DNA of 64,000 bases, from contig JACQCF010000002.1 in assembly GCA_016201795.1 (NCBI GenBank), positions 45,122 to 109,121 of the forward strand. The letters are read 5' to 3'. The notes beneath the pieces were generated by a model that was not told the origin of the DNA, searched no databases, and was given only the letters and a program-made list of their open reading frames with translations. The position numbers were made by a program, and so were the translations under genes. Position 1 is the stretch's first letter; every line of letters starts with the position of its first letter. The DNA is from Candidatus Omnitrophota bacterium. GTDB lineage: Bacteria; Omnitrophota; Gorgyraeia; Zapsychrales; Fredricksoniimonadaceae. Shown piece by piece: positions 37,252 to 47,356 of this stretch.

Positions 37252-37797
37252 ATGCCCACGACCAATCTTAATGAACATGAATTTGAACTGGTGAACATCG
37301 TCGGTTCTCAGTTGGCCGCCAATCAGCGCGATTTGTCCCGCCAGATGAATCTCTCTTTGGGGATGACCAATATGTTGATGAGGCGGCTTGTCACCAAAGG
37401 ATATATCCGCATCAAACAACTCAACCAGCGCAAGGTGAAGTATATTCTAACCCCTAAAGGTTTTGCGGAAAAGATGCGCAAGTCTGTTCACTACACGCTT
37501 AAAACGATTAATTCTATAGGGTTAATTAAAAAACATCTTTCAAAAATCCTGGGGTCCTTGTATCAGGAGGGAGAAAGAAAATTTTATATCTTAGGGGAGT
37601 CGGATCTGGCGGCCTTGATAGAAATAGTATTAAGGGAACAATGTCAGCATGATTATACCGTTGTTCATATTAAAGACAGGATCCAGGCAACAGGGGAAGG
37701 AGTGATTTTGGTTTGTACTGATCAGCAAGCCAATGGTTCTTCTCCCACTGCATTTAAAGAGATTAATTTGATTGAAAATCTTGCCTATCATGTGTGA
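37252..37797 (+). CDS. Winged-helix transcriptional regulator, EPS-associated MarR-like family
   Basis: EHEFELVNIVGSQLAANQRDLSRQMNLSLGMTNMLMRRLVTKGYIRIKQL...KYILTPKGF matches the EPS-associated MarR (wHTH) pattern, with a C-terminal extension of unknown function. Confidence 0.55.
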   Translation: MPTTNLNEHEFELVNIVGSQLAANQRDLSRQMNLSLGMTNMLMRRLVTKGYIRIKQLNQRKVKYILTPKGFAEKMRKSVHYTLKTINSIGLIKKHLSKILGSLYQEGERKFYILGESDLAALIEIVLREQCQHDYTVVHIKDRIQATGEGVILVCTDQQANGSSPTAFKEINLIENLAYHV

Positions 37798-39602
37798 GCT
37801 CATGGGGCGTATACGGAGATGAGAACTTGTTATCATTAGGTGTTTTTTTACAACGTTTTGGTTATCTGTTGAGGTTGTTGACTACAACGCCCTACTGGGG
37901 CCTTATCTGCATGTTGCAGTTTGTCAGCGGCTTGGCTAGTTTTTTGGGGTTGCCGCTTCTGATTCCTGTGCTGGAAATGATGCAAAGCAATACAGTCTCT
38001 GTGCAGGGGGGCAGTTACGCTAAATTTGTCATTCCTTTTTTGCAGGCATTAGGCCTGAAATTTAATTTTAACAGCATGTTGTTTATGGCTGCTGTACTTA
38101 TGTTATTGGGTCAGCTTTTGGTCAATGCCTCTTCTTTGGTCTGTACCTTTGTCAAAGAGGATCTGCTGGCAGAATACCGCAAGAAGATATTCAGGGCTTA
38201 TGCCTCGGTCGACTGGCAGTGGTTGACGGATCACCATTCGGCCCGTATGTATCATGCGGTGGTGAGGGAGGCCGAGCAGGCCTGCGAGGCCCACATGAAT
38301 GCCCAGCGGATCTTTATCAATTTTTTTCAGATTGCCGTTTATCTGACGATTTCCCTACGCCTCTCCTGGCAGATCACGCTGCTGGCGGTGGGGGTGTATG
38401 TTCTTTTGGGTTTATGCAATGCGGTTAACTTGAATTTCATCAATCAATTTGCCGAGGTGCTTAATCAGAAATTTAAGCAATTTTCGAATGACGCCGTAAG
38501 TTTTCAGCACAATAAGAAATTCATTAAAGTAGCCCTTTTGGGGGAGCGGTTTTTGGCCTCTTTTACCCATGCCATCGACCAGATGTGCCAACTCCGTAAA
38601 CGCCAGATGCTGCACGTTGAACTGCAACGTGCCTGGAACATGATGAGCACGCTGATCCTTTTAGTTGTTATGATTTTTTTCCATCAGGCATTGTCGCTCA
38701 ATTATGCCACCTTGTTATTGATCCTGTTTGTGTTCATGCGGCTGGCGCCTCAATTCGTAGCGCTAGCGGATGTTTATGCGGCTTTGGACATGAGCATCCC
38801 CGTGCACAAGTCTCTGCAGTCACATTTACAGACGCTGGAAGATCACCGGGAGAAAAGTGGTAGCCGGGCTTTCGTACCGGGAAGCGCTTTGCGTTTTGAG
38901 GAAGTGAGCTTTGCTTATCCTAATCAGCCGGCCCTTTTTTCCAATTTACATTTGTCCATTGAGCCTCATACCATGGTTGCCATTGTGGGGAAATCGGGCT
39001 GCGGGAAGTCGACGATTTTGGATTTGCTTTTGGGGTTGCTTGATATCAAAGGAGGAGTCATTTATTATGGTCAAATCCCGCACCATGAGCTTGAAAAAGA
39101 TTCCCTTCGGCGGCACGTTGCTTTTGTCGGACAAAGGCCTTCTCTTTTGGATGGAACCTTGCGGGAGAACTTAATTGTGGCAAAACCCTCCGCGACCAAG
39201 CAAGAGGTTCTGGATGTTTGTCGTCGTGTGCATTTGAAGGAATTTATTGAGGAGCTTCCTCAGGGACTGGATACGGTGGTGGGAGAAAACGGCATCAAAC
39301 TGTCCGGCGGACAGAGGCAGCGGATTGCTCTGGCGCGTTGTTTGCTGCTTGCACCTGACATCCTCATCCTTGATGAAGCTACCAGTGAATTGGATTCGGA
39401 GTCGGAGGCGGTTATTCAAAATACTTTAAAGGAAATGCGTTCGCAAATGACAATCATCATCATTGCGCACCGGCTTTCGACGGTCAAGGCAGCGGATAAA
39501 ATTTATGTCATCGAGCATGGGACGGCTTGTGAGTCGGGCGCCTATGAAGAACTATTGGCGCGCAAGGGGAGATTTTACGATTTGGTTTCTTTGCAGCATT
39601 AA
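37794..39602 (+). CDS. ABC exporter, fused permease/ATPase (MsbA-like type I exporter)
   Basis: Six-TM N-terminal half, then Walker A GKSGCGKST, the signature LSGGQRQRIALARC and Walker B ILILDEATS. Confidence 0.85.
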   Translation: MSSWGVYGDENLLSLGVFLQRFGYLLRLLTTTPYWGLICMLQFVSGLASFLGLPLLIPVLEMMQSNTVSVQGGSYAKFVIPFLQALGLKFNFNSMLFMAAVLMLLGQLLVNASSLVCTFVKEDLLAEYRKKIFRAYASVDWQWLTDHHSARMYHAVVREAEQACEAHMNAQRIFINFFQIAVYLTISLRLSWQITLLAVGVYVLLGLCNAVNLNFINQFAEVLNQKFKQFSNDAVSFQHNKKFIKVALLGERFLASFTHAIDQMCQLRKRQMLHVELQRAWNMMSTLILLVVMIFFHQALSLNYATLLLILFVFMRLAPQFVALADVYAALDMSIPVHKSLQSHLQTLEDHREKSGSRAFVPGSALRFEEVSFAYPNQPALFSNLHLSIEPHTMVAIVGKSGCGKSTILDLLLGLLDIKGGVIYYGQIPHHELEKDSLRRHVAFVGQRPSLLDGTLRENLIVAKPSATKQEVLDVCRRVHLKEFIEELPQGLDTVVGENGIKLSGGQRQRIALARCLLLAPDILILDEATSELDSESEAVIQNTLKEMRSQMTIIIIAHRLSTVKAADKIYVIEHGTACESGAYEELLARKGRFYDLVSLQH

Positions 39603-39639
39603 AAATCCCACTTAAAAACGCGGGATGGAGGGGGAATGC

Positions 39640-40635
39640 ATGATCAATGGCAAAACAATTTTGATTACAGGCGGTACGGGCTCTTTTGGTAATAAATTTA
39701 CGGAGGTAGTTTTAAAGAAATTTAAGCCTAAAAAATTGATTATTTTTAGCAGGGATGAATACAAGCAGCATGAAATGGGTAAAAAATTTTCCGATGATAA
39801 ATATCCTATTCGGTATTTTCTAGGGGATGTGAGAGACCAGGGACGGTTAAACCGCGCCTTTGAAGGGGTGGATTATGTGGTGCATGCCGCGGCGCTCAAG
39901 CAGGTGCCGGCGCTGGAATACAATCCCATGGAGGCAGTCAAGACCAATATCCTTGGCGCGGATAATATTGTCGAAGCAGCCATTGACCAGGGTATAAAGA
40001 AAGTAGTTGTCCTTTCTACGGACAAGGCTTGTAATCCCGTTAATCTTTACGGGGCTACAAAATTGGCGGCGGAAAAAGTGTTTGTCGCGGCCAATGCCTA
40101 CGGCGGCGGCCGTGTCAAATTTTCCGTCGTGCGTTACGGGAATGTCATGGGTTCGCGCGGGAGCGTGATCCCGTTTTTTTTGAGTTTAAAGCATCAGGGC
40201 GCCAAGGAATTCCCCATTACCGATGAACGTATGACCCGCTTTTGGATCACGCTTAAGCAAAGCGCAGAGTTGGTGTTGACGGCGTTGAATTTCGGTATGG
40301 GCGGGGAATGTTTCATCCCTATTATCCCGTCGATGAGGGTGGTTGATTTAGCGCGGGCCATTGACCCTAGGGCAAAATTTAAGATCATCGGTATCCGTCC
40401 CGGCGAGAAATTGCACGAGTCGCTGATTTCCGAGGAGGAAGGGTATAATACCAGGATTTTTAAGGATACGTATGTCATCCTGCCGCAATTTTTTGATAAT
40501 GAACGAGTGCTTCGGTTTTATGAGAAATGTCCCGTCGTCGAACAGAATTTTCTCTACCGCAGCGATAAAAACAAACAATGGATGGATGTGCAAGATTTAA
40601 GAAAGGTTATTGCCCGTGATGATTCCTTACGGTAG
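39640..40635 (+). CDS. pseB: UDP-N-acetylglucosamine 4,6-dehydratase (inverting)
   Basis: GKTILITGGTGSFG...FSRDEYKQHEM...YGATKLAAEK matches PseB/FlaA1 closely along its length. GGAGGG RBS before the ATG at 39640. Confidence 0.85.
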   Translation: MINGKTILITGGTGSFGNKFTEVVLKKFKPKKLIIFSRDEYKQHEMGKKFSDDKYPIRYFLGDVRDQGRLNRAFEGVDYVVHAAALKQVPALEYNPMEAVKTNILGADNIVEAAIDQGIKKVVVLSTDKACNPVNLYGATKLAAEKVFVAANAYGGGRVKFSVVRYGNVMGSRGSVIPFFLSLKHQGAKEFPITDERMTRFWITLKQSAELVLTALNFGMGGECFIPIIPSMRVVDLARAIDPRAKFKIIGIRPGEKLHESLISEEEGYNTRIFKDTYVILPQFFDNERVLRFYEKCPVVEQNFLYRSDKNKQWMDVQDLRKVIARDDSLR

Positions 40636-41791
40636 ACAGACTATTGATGACAAAGACATCCGTGCGGTGGTGCAGGTTTTGCGCTCTGATTGGTTGACCC
40701 AGGGGCCGAAAGTCCTGGAATTCGAAGAAGCGCTATGCCGTTATACCGGTGCAAAATATGCCGTGGTGGTTTCTTCGGGTACGGCTGCATTGCATATCGC
40801 GTGTTTGGCGGCCGGTTTAGGTAAGGGGCAAGAGGCCATGGTCCCTGCCAATACGTTCGTCGCCACCGCCAACGCCGTTTTGTACACAGGGGCGCAGCCC
40901 GTTTTCGCGGATATCGACCATGAAACAGGTAATATCGACCCGCGGGCCATTATGAAAATGATGAATCGCACCACCAGGGCGATTATACCGGTGCATTTCG
41001 GCGGCAACCCTTGCGCCATGGAAGACATTTACGGTTTGGCCAAGAAAAGAAAGATCACGATTATCGAAGACGCGTGTCATGCTTTAGGCGCAGCGTATAA
41101 GTCTGGGGGTAAATGGTGGAAAATCGGTTCCTGCCGTCATTCGGATATGACGATTTTTAGTTTTCATCCTCTTAAAGCCATTACCACGGCCGAAGGCGGA
41201 GCAGTGCTGACTAATGACAAAAGGCTTTATCAGCGGTTTCTTAAGTTGCGCAGTCACGGGGTAACGAAGGAGCCATCTGATTTTGAGAACCGCAACGCCC
41301 ATGACGTGGGGCCGTGGTACTACGAGATGCAGGAGCTTGGTTTTAATTTCCGAATCACGGATCTGCAATGTGCGCTGGGGGTTTCCCAGCTTAAAAAAGC
41401 GGATGGGTTTGTCCGTAAGCGCACCCGGATCGCACAGCTTTATCGCAAGGCCTGGGCCCACGGCTCATACTTTGATCTTCCGTCGCAACAGAACAATGGC
41501 GTGTCGGCATGGCATTTGTTCCCCATCCGGCTTAAAGGGCGTTTTGTACAGCGCCGGAAAGAAATGTTTTGTTGGTTAAGAGATTTGGGGTTGGGGGTGC
41601 AGGTTCACTATATTCCGGTGTATTGGCAGCCGTATTATGCCCGATTAGGGTATGCCAAGGGATCGTGTCCGGTGGCGGAAGATTTTTACCGTCGGGAAAT
41701 CAGCCTGCCGTTGTATCCGGCCATGACGTCTGCCGATGTAAGGCGCGTGATTGAATGCGTAAATAAAGCAGGAGCAGAGGTTTTAAAATAA
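40610..41791 (+). CDS. pseC: UDP-4-amino-4,6-dideoxy-N-acetyl-beta-L-altrosamine transaminase (DegT family)
   Basis: IPYGRQTIDDKDIRAVVQVLRSDWLTQGPKV N-terminus typical of PseC. PLP lysine block FSFHPLKAITTAEGG. Confidence 0.8.
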   Translation: MPVMIPYGRQTIDDKDIRAVVQVLRSDWLTQGPKVLEFEEALCRYTGAKYAVVVSSGTAALHIACLAAGLGKGQEAMVPANTFVATANAVLYTGAQPVFADIDHETGNIDPRAIMKMMNRTTRAIIPVHFGGNPCAMEDIYGLAKKRKITIIEDACHALGAAYKSGGKWWKIGSCRHSDMTIFSFHPLKAITTAEGGAVLTNDKRLYQRFLKLRSHGVTKEPSDFENRNAHDVGPWYYEMQELGFNFRITDLQCALGVSQLKKADGFVRKRTRIAQLYRKAWAHGSYFDLPSQQNNGVSAWHLFPIRLKGRFVQRRKEMFCWLRDLGLGVQVHYIPVYWQPYYARLGYAKGSCPVAEDFYRREISLPLYPAMTSADVRRVIECVNKAGAEVLK

Positions 41792-41805
41792 GGAGCAAAG
41801 ATAGA

Positions 41806-42549
41806 ATGGCAAGAAAAGGAAAATTTGTTGCGAGTATAGAGGCAAGGGTTGGCTCAACACGATTACCCGCTAAAGTGTTGCGGGAGATTATGGGAAGGTC
41901 CATGCTGGAATTGATGATCGAACGGGTCAAGAAAGCCCGACGTATCGACGAAATTATTGTGGCGACTTCTGTTAACCCTAAGGACGACGTGTTGGAGCAG
42001 TTGGCTCTGCGCATGGGAGTTAAATGTTACCGCGGCAGCGAAGAAGATGTTTTGTCCAGGGTATTGGAGGCAGTCAAAAGCGTTGCGGGGGATCATATCA
42101 TTGAGCTCTGGGGAGACACGCCGCTTATTGATCCGGCCATTATTGATGATGCCGTCCGGTATTATCAGGATAATGACTTTGACTGTGTGGGGACGGACAA
42201 AGGGTATCCTTGGGGTATGAGCATATTAATTTTTCCCACCGCCATTTTGGAGGAAGTCCATGGGATCACCAACGATCCCGTTGACAGGGAAAATGTTTCT
42301 AATTATATTTATGAACATCCACAGAGGTATACGATTAGTAATTTGCCATGCCCTCGACATTTATACCGGCCTGAGGTACGTCTGACGGTTGATGAGGGTC
42401 CTGATTTTGAATTCGTATCGAGGATTTTTGAAGCGCTACATCCCAATAATCCGTATTTTGACACCCAGAACATTCTCATGTTTTTGGATGCCCATCCCGA
42501 ACTATTGGAGATCAACAAGACGATTAAACAAAAGAAATTGAGGGTATAG
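41806..42549 (+). CDS. pseF: Cytidylyltransferase of the SpsF/PseF family (putative CMP-pseudaminic acid synthetase)
   Basis: ARVGSTRLPAKVL...IDEIIVATS motif of CTP_transf_3 (NeuA/SpsF-like) enzymes. Located inside the pse cluster. Confidence 0.55.
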   Translation: MARKGKFVASIEARVGSTRLPAKVLREIMGRSMLELMIERVKKARRIDEIIVATSVNPKDDVLEQLALRMGVKCYRGSEEDVLSRVLEAVKSVAGDHIIELWGDTPLIDPAIIDDAVRYYQDNDFDCVGTDKGYPWGMSILIFPTAILEEVHGITNDPVDRENVSNYIYEHPQRYTISNLPCPRHLYRPEVRLTVDEGPDFEFVSRIFEALHPNNPYFDTQNILMFLDAHPELLEINKTIKQKKLRV

Positions 42550-42554
42550 AAATT

Positions 42555-43568
42555 ATGAAGTTAAAAGCAGCAGTCATAGGTTGCGGGCGTATCGCCATCG
42601 GTTTCGATGACGACCCCAAACGCAAGATGGTAGCGACCCATATCGGCGCATATCAGCATGTGAAAGGCGTTGAGGTCGTCGCCGTGTGCGATGTGGACGG
42701 TAGCCGTGTGGATAAAGTATGCCGCAAGCGTGGTATCACCAAAGGTTATACGGATTACCTGAAGATGTTACGCCAGGAAAAAGTCGATATGGTCAGCGTG
42801 TGCACGCCGCCCAAGACACATGCGTCCATTGTGCTGGACATTGCCCGGCACGGTTTAGCTAAAGCAATTTTTTGCGAAAAACCCATGGCTCATTCGCTTC
42901 AGGATGCCAGGGCCATGATCGACGCCTGTGCCGAGCACAATATTATATTACAGATTGACCATCAGCGCCGTTTCGATCAGATGCATCAGGCCATCAGGGC
43001 AAAAATTCAAAGAGGCGCGTGGGGTAGGGTTCAGCGTGCGAATTTTTATTATTCAGCGGGAGTGCGTAATACTGGTTCTCATATGTTTGACCTTTTGCGT
43101 TTCTTTTTTGGGGATGCCGACTGGGTGCAGGCCTATGCGAGCGCCAATCCCTCACGCCGGCCTGATGATCCGAACCTAGACGGGTTTGTGCGTTTTCCCA
43201 ATGGGCTTTTGGCGTCCTTTCAGGCTTTAGATCATACGCGATATTTAATTTTTGAATTGGATTGTTATTTTCAACGGAGCCGTTTGGTTCTTAAGCACAG
43301 CGGCTTTGACGCTGAATTTTATAAGGTAGGGAAAAGTTCGTTTTTCAGCGGTTACCGCGAGTTGGAAAAGGGCAAGGCTCCTTTTAAGAAGGATTATGAG
43401 AGGTCATTGATGGTTCGCGGGGTCGAAGAATTAAGCCGTTGCCTGGGCAATGGGAGAAAAAGTATTTCTTCAGGGGAAGATGGTTTGCGTGCGATGGAAC
43501 TCATTGAGTTAAGTATCAAATCTGCGCAACATCATGGAAAACAGATGTCAGTATCGCCTAAGAGATAG
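42555..43568 (+). CDS. Gfo/Idh/MocA family NAD(P)-dependent oxidoreductase
   Basis: LKAAVIGCGRIAIG Rossmann N-terminus, the EKP motif (CEKPMAHS) and a C-terminal alpha/beta domain. Confidence 0.7.
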   Translation: MKLKAAVIGCGRIAIGFDDDPKRKMVATHIGAYQHVKGVEVVAVCDVDGSRVDKVCRKRGITKGYTDYLKMLRQEKVDMVSVCTPPKTHASIVLDIARHGLAKAIFCEKPMAHSLQDARAMIDACAEHNIILQIDHQRRFDQMHQAIRAKIQRGAWGRVQRANFYYSAGVRNTGSHMFDLLRFFFGDADWVQAYASANPSRRPDDPNLDGFVRFPNGLLASFQALDHTRYLIFELDCYFQRSRLVLKHSGFDAEFYKVGKSSFFSGYRELEKGKAPFKKDYERSLMVRGVEELSRCLGNGRKSISSGEDGLRAMELIELSIKSAQHHGKQMSVSPKR

Positions 43569-43574
43569 AAGGAG

Positions 43575-44858
43575 TTGTTGATGAAAGTTTTAGCCGTTCA
43601 TGGTGGGGATAAAGTTAGGACAAAACCGTTTTTTACGGGTGGTGCCATTATTGGAGAGGAAGAGCGACGGCGCGTTAAAGAGGTCCTAGACAGCGGTATT
43701 TTGTCTGGATTCCTGGCACAGGCTGACGCGAAGTTCTTAGGTGGTAAACAGGTTCTAGAATTTGAGAAGATACTCAGGAATTATTTTAGCATGCCTTACG
43801 CCGTGACAGTCAATTCGGCAACAGCTGGTCTTCATGTGGCCTTGGGAGCTTGTGGAGTCTCTCCCGGTGATGAGGTGATCGTGAGTCCATATACCATGTG
43901 CGCTTCCGCCACCGCGATTGTTATGATGAATGGCGTTCCGGTTTTTGCGGATATTAATGAACACAATTTTTGTTTCGATCCTGAAAGTGTCCGCCGATGT
44001 ATCACCCCACGCACCAAAGGTATTGTCGTGGTGCATCTTTTTGGTGGGGCAGCGGATATGGATGCCATCATGGTGATTGCCAAGGAACATAACCTTTTTG
44101 TAGTTGAGGATTGCGCCCAGGCGCCGGGTGCCAAATATAAAGGCCGGCATGTGGGGACATTCGGCGATGCGGGGGTTTTTAGTCTCAATCAGAACAAGAC
44201 GATTACCTGCGGTGAGGGTGGATTTGTGCTTACGAGGGATGCAAAGATCGCTTTGCGGATACAGTTGATGCGCAATCACGGCGAAGTGGTGGTACAACAG
44301 ATGAATGTGGAAGATATTTCCAATATCGTCGGTTTTAATTACCGCATGACAGAGTTGGAAGCGGCGGTGGCTATCGGTCAATTTAAAAATTTAGATACTT
44401 GGAACACCCATCGGCGGAATTTGGCCAATTACTTGACCAAGCAACTATCCAAGTTTGATAGCTTAGAATGTCCCAATGTACCGTTGGATATTGAACATTC
44501 GTATTTTGTATATCCTATTAAATTAAAGGTTGGCCAATTGGGCGTTAGCAGGGATACTTTTCTTAAGGCAATCCATGCAGAAGGGATTCCTTTGAGCGGT
44601 GGGTACGTGAGACCGATCTATTGGGAACCAATGTTCCAGAAAAAGATTGCTTATGGTAGGCAGGGATATCCGTTCACACCTCCCGTTTACGCAGGTTCTG
44701 TGGATTACAGCCGAGGATTGTGCCCAGTGTGTGAACGGATGTATGAACAGGAACTGATGTTGACGCCTGTTTGCCGTTACCCGAATACTAAAGAAGACAT
44801 GGATGATGTCGTTCATGCGTTTGATAAGGTATTGTCTCATTTAGACGAGTTAAAATAA
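43575..44858 (+). CDS. DegT/ArnB-like PLP-dependent aminotransferase (long form, 427 aa)
   Basis: ATAGLHVAL, VSPYTMCASATA, EDCAQAPGA and the Lys block FSLNQNKTITCGEGG. Confidence 0.7.
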   Translation: MLMKVLAVHGGDKVRTKPFFTGGAIIGEEERRRVKEVLDSGILSGFLAQADAKFLGGKQVLEFEKILRNYFSMPYAVTVNSATAGLHVALGACGVSPGDEVIVSPYTMCASATAIVMMNGVPVFADINEHNFCFDPESVRRCITPRTKGIVVVHLFGGAADMDAIMVIAKEHNLFVVEDCAQAPGAKYKGRHVGTFGDAGVFSLNQNKTITCGEGGFVLTRDAKIALRIQLMRNHGEVVVQQMNVEDISNIVGFNYRMTELEAAVAIGQFKNLDTWNTHRRNLANYLTKQLSKFDSLECPNVPLDIEHSYFVYPIKLKVGQLGVSRDTFLKAIHAEGIPLSGGYVRPIYWEPMFQKKIAYGRQGYPFTPPVYAGSVDYSRGLCPVCERMYEQELMLTPVCRYPNTKEDMDDVVHAFDKVLSHLDELK

Positions 44859-44877
44859 ATTCAAAGAGACATGTTTT

Positions 44878-46341
44878 ATGATTAGAGTTCTGATCTTAAC
44901 CGAAGGCGGTGGTATTTTAGGCTGGGGGCATGTAGCCAGGTGCTGTGCGATTACGCAAGGACTGGAGAAATATGGCTGTTTATGGGAAGTTTTCGTCAAT
45001 GCCCAAGGGGATTTACCGTCTTTTACTGACGGGTCCAACTGGAGTCGGGAGGATTGGCGCAATATCAATGAGCGTTTGGCAGGCCTTATCAGCTCGTCGG
45101 ATTACGTGATTGTTGATTCATATATAACGTCCGCAGATATTTATCAACAGATTAGTTCTTTGAATAAGAATTTGGTCGTTATCGACGATAATAATCGGAT
45201 TAGTTATCCGCCATGTATTGTTGTTAACCCGAATGTGTATGGGGACCACATGCCATATGCGGACAAATATGAAGTATGGGCAGGCCTACGGTACATTCTT
45301 TTACGTGAGCCATTTTGGAATGCGCAGCCTAAACCCGTAGGCTCTGTGCATGCACTTTTATTGGTACTGGGTGGTGGTGATTCTCATGGGTTAAAGAAGG
45401 AGATCTTGCGGTTTTTGGTGCGACACTATCCGCTATTAAAGAAGTATGTCGTTGTCTGTGTCAGGGAAACATCATTGGAAGATATAACCAAAGAAGCGGA
45501 TGGTAATACATCCTTCTTTAAGAATCTAGATGCCAGAGCCATGTGCGATCTGATGGGGCGTGCAGATATGGCTATATCTGCTGGTGGGCAGACGCTCGGT
45601 GAACTTACTAGGTTGGGAGTGCCGACTGTCGCCATAAGCTTGGCAGATAATCAAAAACGCAATATCGCGGCATGGCAAGCGCAAGGCTTTGTACAGGTAG
45701 CGGATGAGAAAGACAGCGTCGGGATACAACAGGTCATCGGCACATACATCGAACGTTTAAACAGCCTTAAGCAGGATCGCAACGCAAGTCATGTGGCTAG
45801 CCTTGTGGATGGTCAAGGCGTCAAACGTTTGGTTGAAAATTTAATAGGCCGTCGCACATTGTCTTTGCGTAGGGCTTCGCTCGAAGACTGTGAAGATATT
45901 TGGAGATGGCGTAATGATGTTTCGGTGCGCAAAAGTTCTTTTTCACAAAAAGAGATTCCATTTGACGGTCATAAGAAGTGGTTTGCACAAAAAATGAATG
46001 ACCCTGGTGTTATTTTTTATATTGCCCAGCATAAACATGAAGGTGGTGTAGGCCAGGTGCGGTTTGAAATTCAGCAGGATAAGTCCGCATCCGTTCATGT
46101 GAATATGAACCCACAGTACATTGGTCGCGGGTTGGGGGCTTATGTGATTGCCGAGGCCACGCGGACGCTTATGAAGGAGCGCCCCACGGTTTTATCTATT
46201 CGGGCCGAGGTTTTGGCGGATAACATTGCTTCACGGAAAGTTTTTGAGAAGGCGGGTTATCAGTTGCAGGGCAATGAGATCAAGGAAGATAAACAGATCA
46301 TTGTATTTTCGGTGAAAAAACATGAAACCCATATCCTTTAA
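44878..46341 (+). CDS. pseG: PseG-PseH fusion: UDP-2,4-diacetamido-2,4,6-trideoxy-beta-L-altropyranose hydrolase fused to a GNAT N-acetyltransferase
   Basis: N-terminal GT28-like PseG region (ILGWGHVARC..., LVLGGGDS, AISAGGQTLGEL). A C-terminal roughly 160-aa GNAT domain (QVRFEIQQD...NPQYIGRGLGAYVIAEA...NIASRKVFEKAGYQ). Confidence 0.7.
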   Translation: MIRVLILTEGGGILGWGHVARCCAITQGLEKYGCLWEVFVNAQGDLPSFTDGSNWSREDWRNINERLAGLISSSDYVIVDSYITSADIYQQISSLNKNLVVIDDNNRISYPPCIVVNPNVYGDHMPYADKYEVWAGLRYILLREPFWNAQPKPVGSVHALLLVLGGGDSHGLKKEILRFLVRHYPLLKKYVVVCVRETSLEDITKEADGNTSFFKNLDARAMCDLMGRADMAISAGGQTLGELTRLGVPTVAISLADNQKRNIAAWQAQGFVQVADEKDSVGIQQVIGTYIERLNSLKQDRNASHVASLVDGQGVKRLVENLIGRRTLSLRRASLEDCEDIWRWRNDVSVRKSSFSQKEIPFDGHKKWFAQKMNDPGVIFYIAQHKHEGGVGQVRFEIQQDKSASVHVNMNPQYIGRGLGAYVIAEATRTLMKERPTVLSIRAEVLADNIASRKVFEKAGYQLQGNEIKEDKQIIVFSVKKHETHIL

Positions 46342-47356
46342 ACAGTTAAAAGAGTGTTTTATTATCGCCGAGATTTCTGCCAATCACGGTCAGAATTTCC
46401 AACGGGCCATTCAATTGATTAAATTGGCCAAAGAATGTGGTGCGGATGCGGTTAAGTTTCAATGTTATACACCGGATACATTAACGATCGATGTCGACAA
46501 TAAATATTTCCAGATCAAACATCCCCAGTGGGGTGGGCAGACGCTTTACCGCTTGTATCAGCATGCTTATACGCCTTGGGAGTGGTTTCCGCGGTTAAAG
46601 AAGGCCGCCCATGAGGCGCGCATTCATTTTTTTTCTACAGCTTTTGACCGTACCTCTGTTGATTTTTTGGAAAAGATAGGGGTGGATTTGCATAAGATCG
46701 CTTCTTTTGAATTGAATGATTTACCGCTTATTGATTACGTTGCGCGTACGAAAAAACCTCTTATTTTATCAACAGGGATGGCCTCTTTAGAAGAAATTCG
46801 TGAGGCGGTGGCTGTTGCTCGCAAATCGGGGGCGAAGGATTTGGCTTTGTTGAGGTGTGTAAGTAATTATCCAGCGGATCCTAAGGATATGAATTTGCGT
46901 ACGATGGTAGATATGCATAAGAGGTTTAAATGTTGTGTGGGGCTCTCGGACCATACATTGGGGGTAGGGGTAGCGGTGGCTTCGGTGGCGTTGGGGGCCA
47001 TGGTTATTGAAAAACATTTTACGCTTTCACGCAAGATCAAAACCCCGGATAGTTTTTTTTCACTGGAGCCGGAAGAATTAAAAGAAATGGTTGATAATGT
47101 GCGTTTGGCGCAAAGGGCTTTGGGGCATGTTTCGTATGCTTGTACACCGGCAGAGAAAGCCAGTCTTAAATTCCGGCGTTCCTTGTTTGTTGTCCAGGAC
47201 ATCAAGAAAGGTGACGTTTTTTCCCTTTTAAATATAAGGTCTATACGCCCCGGGCATGGCCTGTCGCCCAAACACTGGGACACAACCATCGGCAAAAAGG
47301 CGAAATGCGCTGTTAAACGAGGGACTCCGTTAACGATGTCCATGATAGGGATTTAA
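46322..47356 (+). CDS. pseI: Pseudaminic acid synthase (NeuB family, with SAF domain)
   Basis: IIAEISANHGQNFQRAIQLIKLAKECGADAVKFQ N-terminus, the GLSDHT motif and a C-terminal SAF domain. Confidence 0.85.
   Translation: MKPISFKQLKECFIIAEISANHGQNFQRAIQLIKLAKECGADAVKFQCYTPDTLTIDVDNKYFQIKHPQWGGQTLYRLYQHAYTPWEWFPRLKKAAHEARIHFFSTAFDRTSVDFLEKIGVDLHKIASFELNDLPLIDYVARTKKPLILSTGMASLEEIREAVAVARKSGAKDLALLRCVSNYPADPKDMNLRTMVDMHKRFKCCVGLSDHTLGVGVAVASVALGAMVIEKHFTLSRKIKTPDSFFSLEPEELKEMVDNVRLAQRALGHVSYACTPAEKASLKFRRSLFVVQDIKKGDVFSLLNIRSIRPGHGLSPKHWDTTIGKKAKCAVKRGTPLTMSMIGI

Noticed and set aside
43755-44381. 208-aa minus-strand ORF inside the long DegT-like aminotransferase
   Set aside because: Antisense shadow of a CDS with clear PLP-enzyme motifs. 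There is no independent signal.
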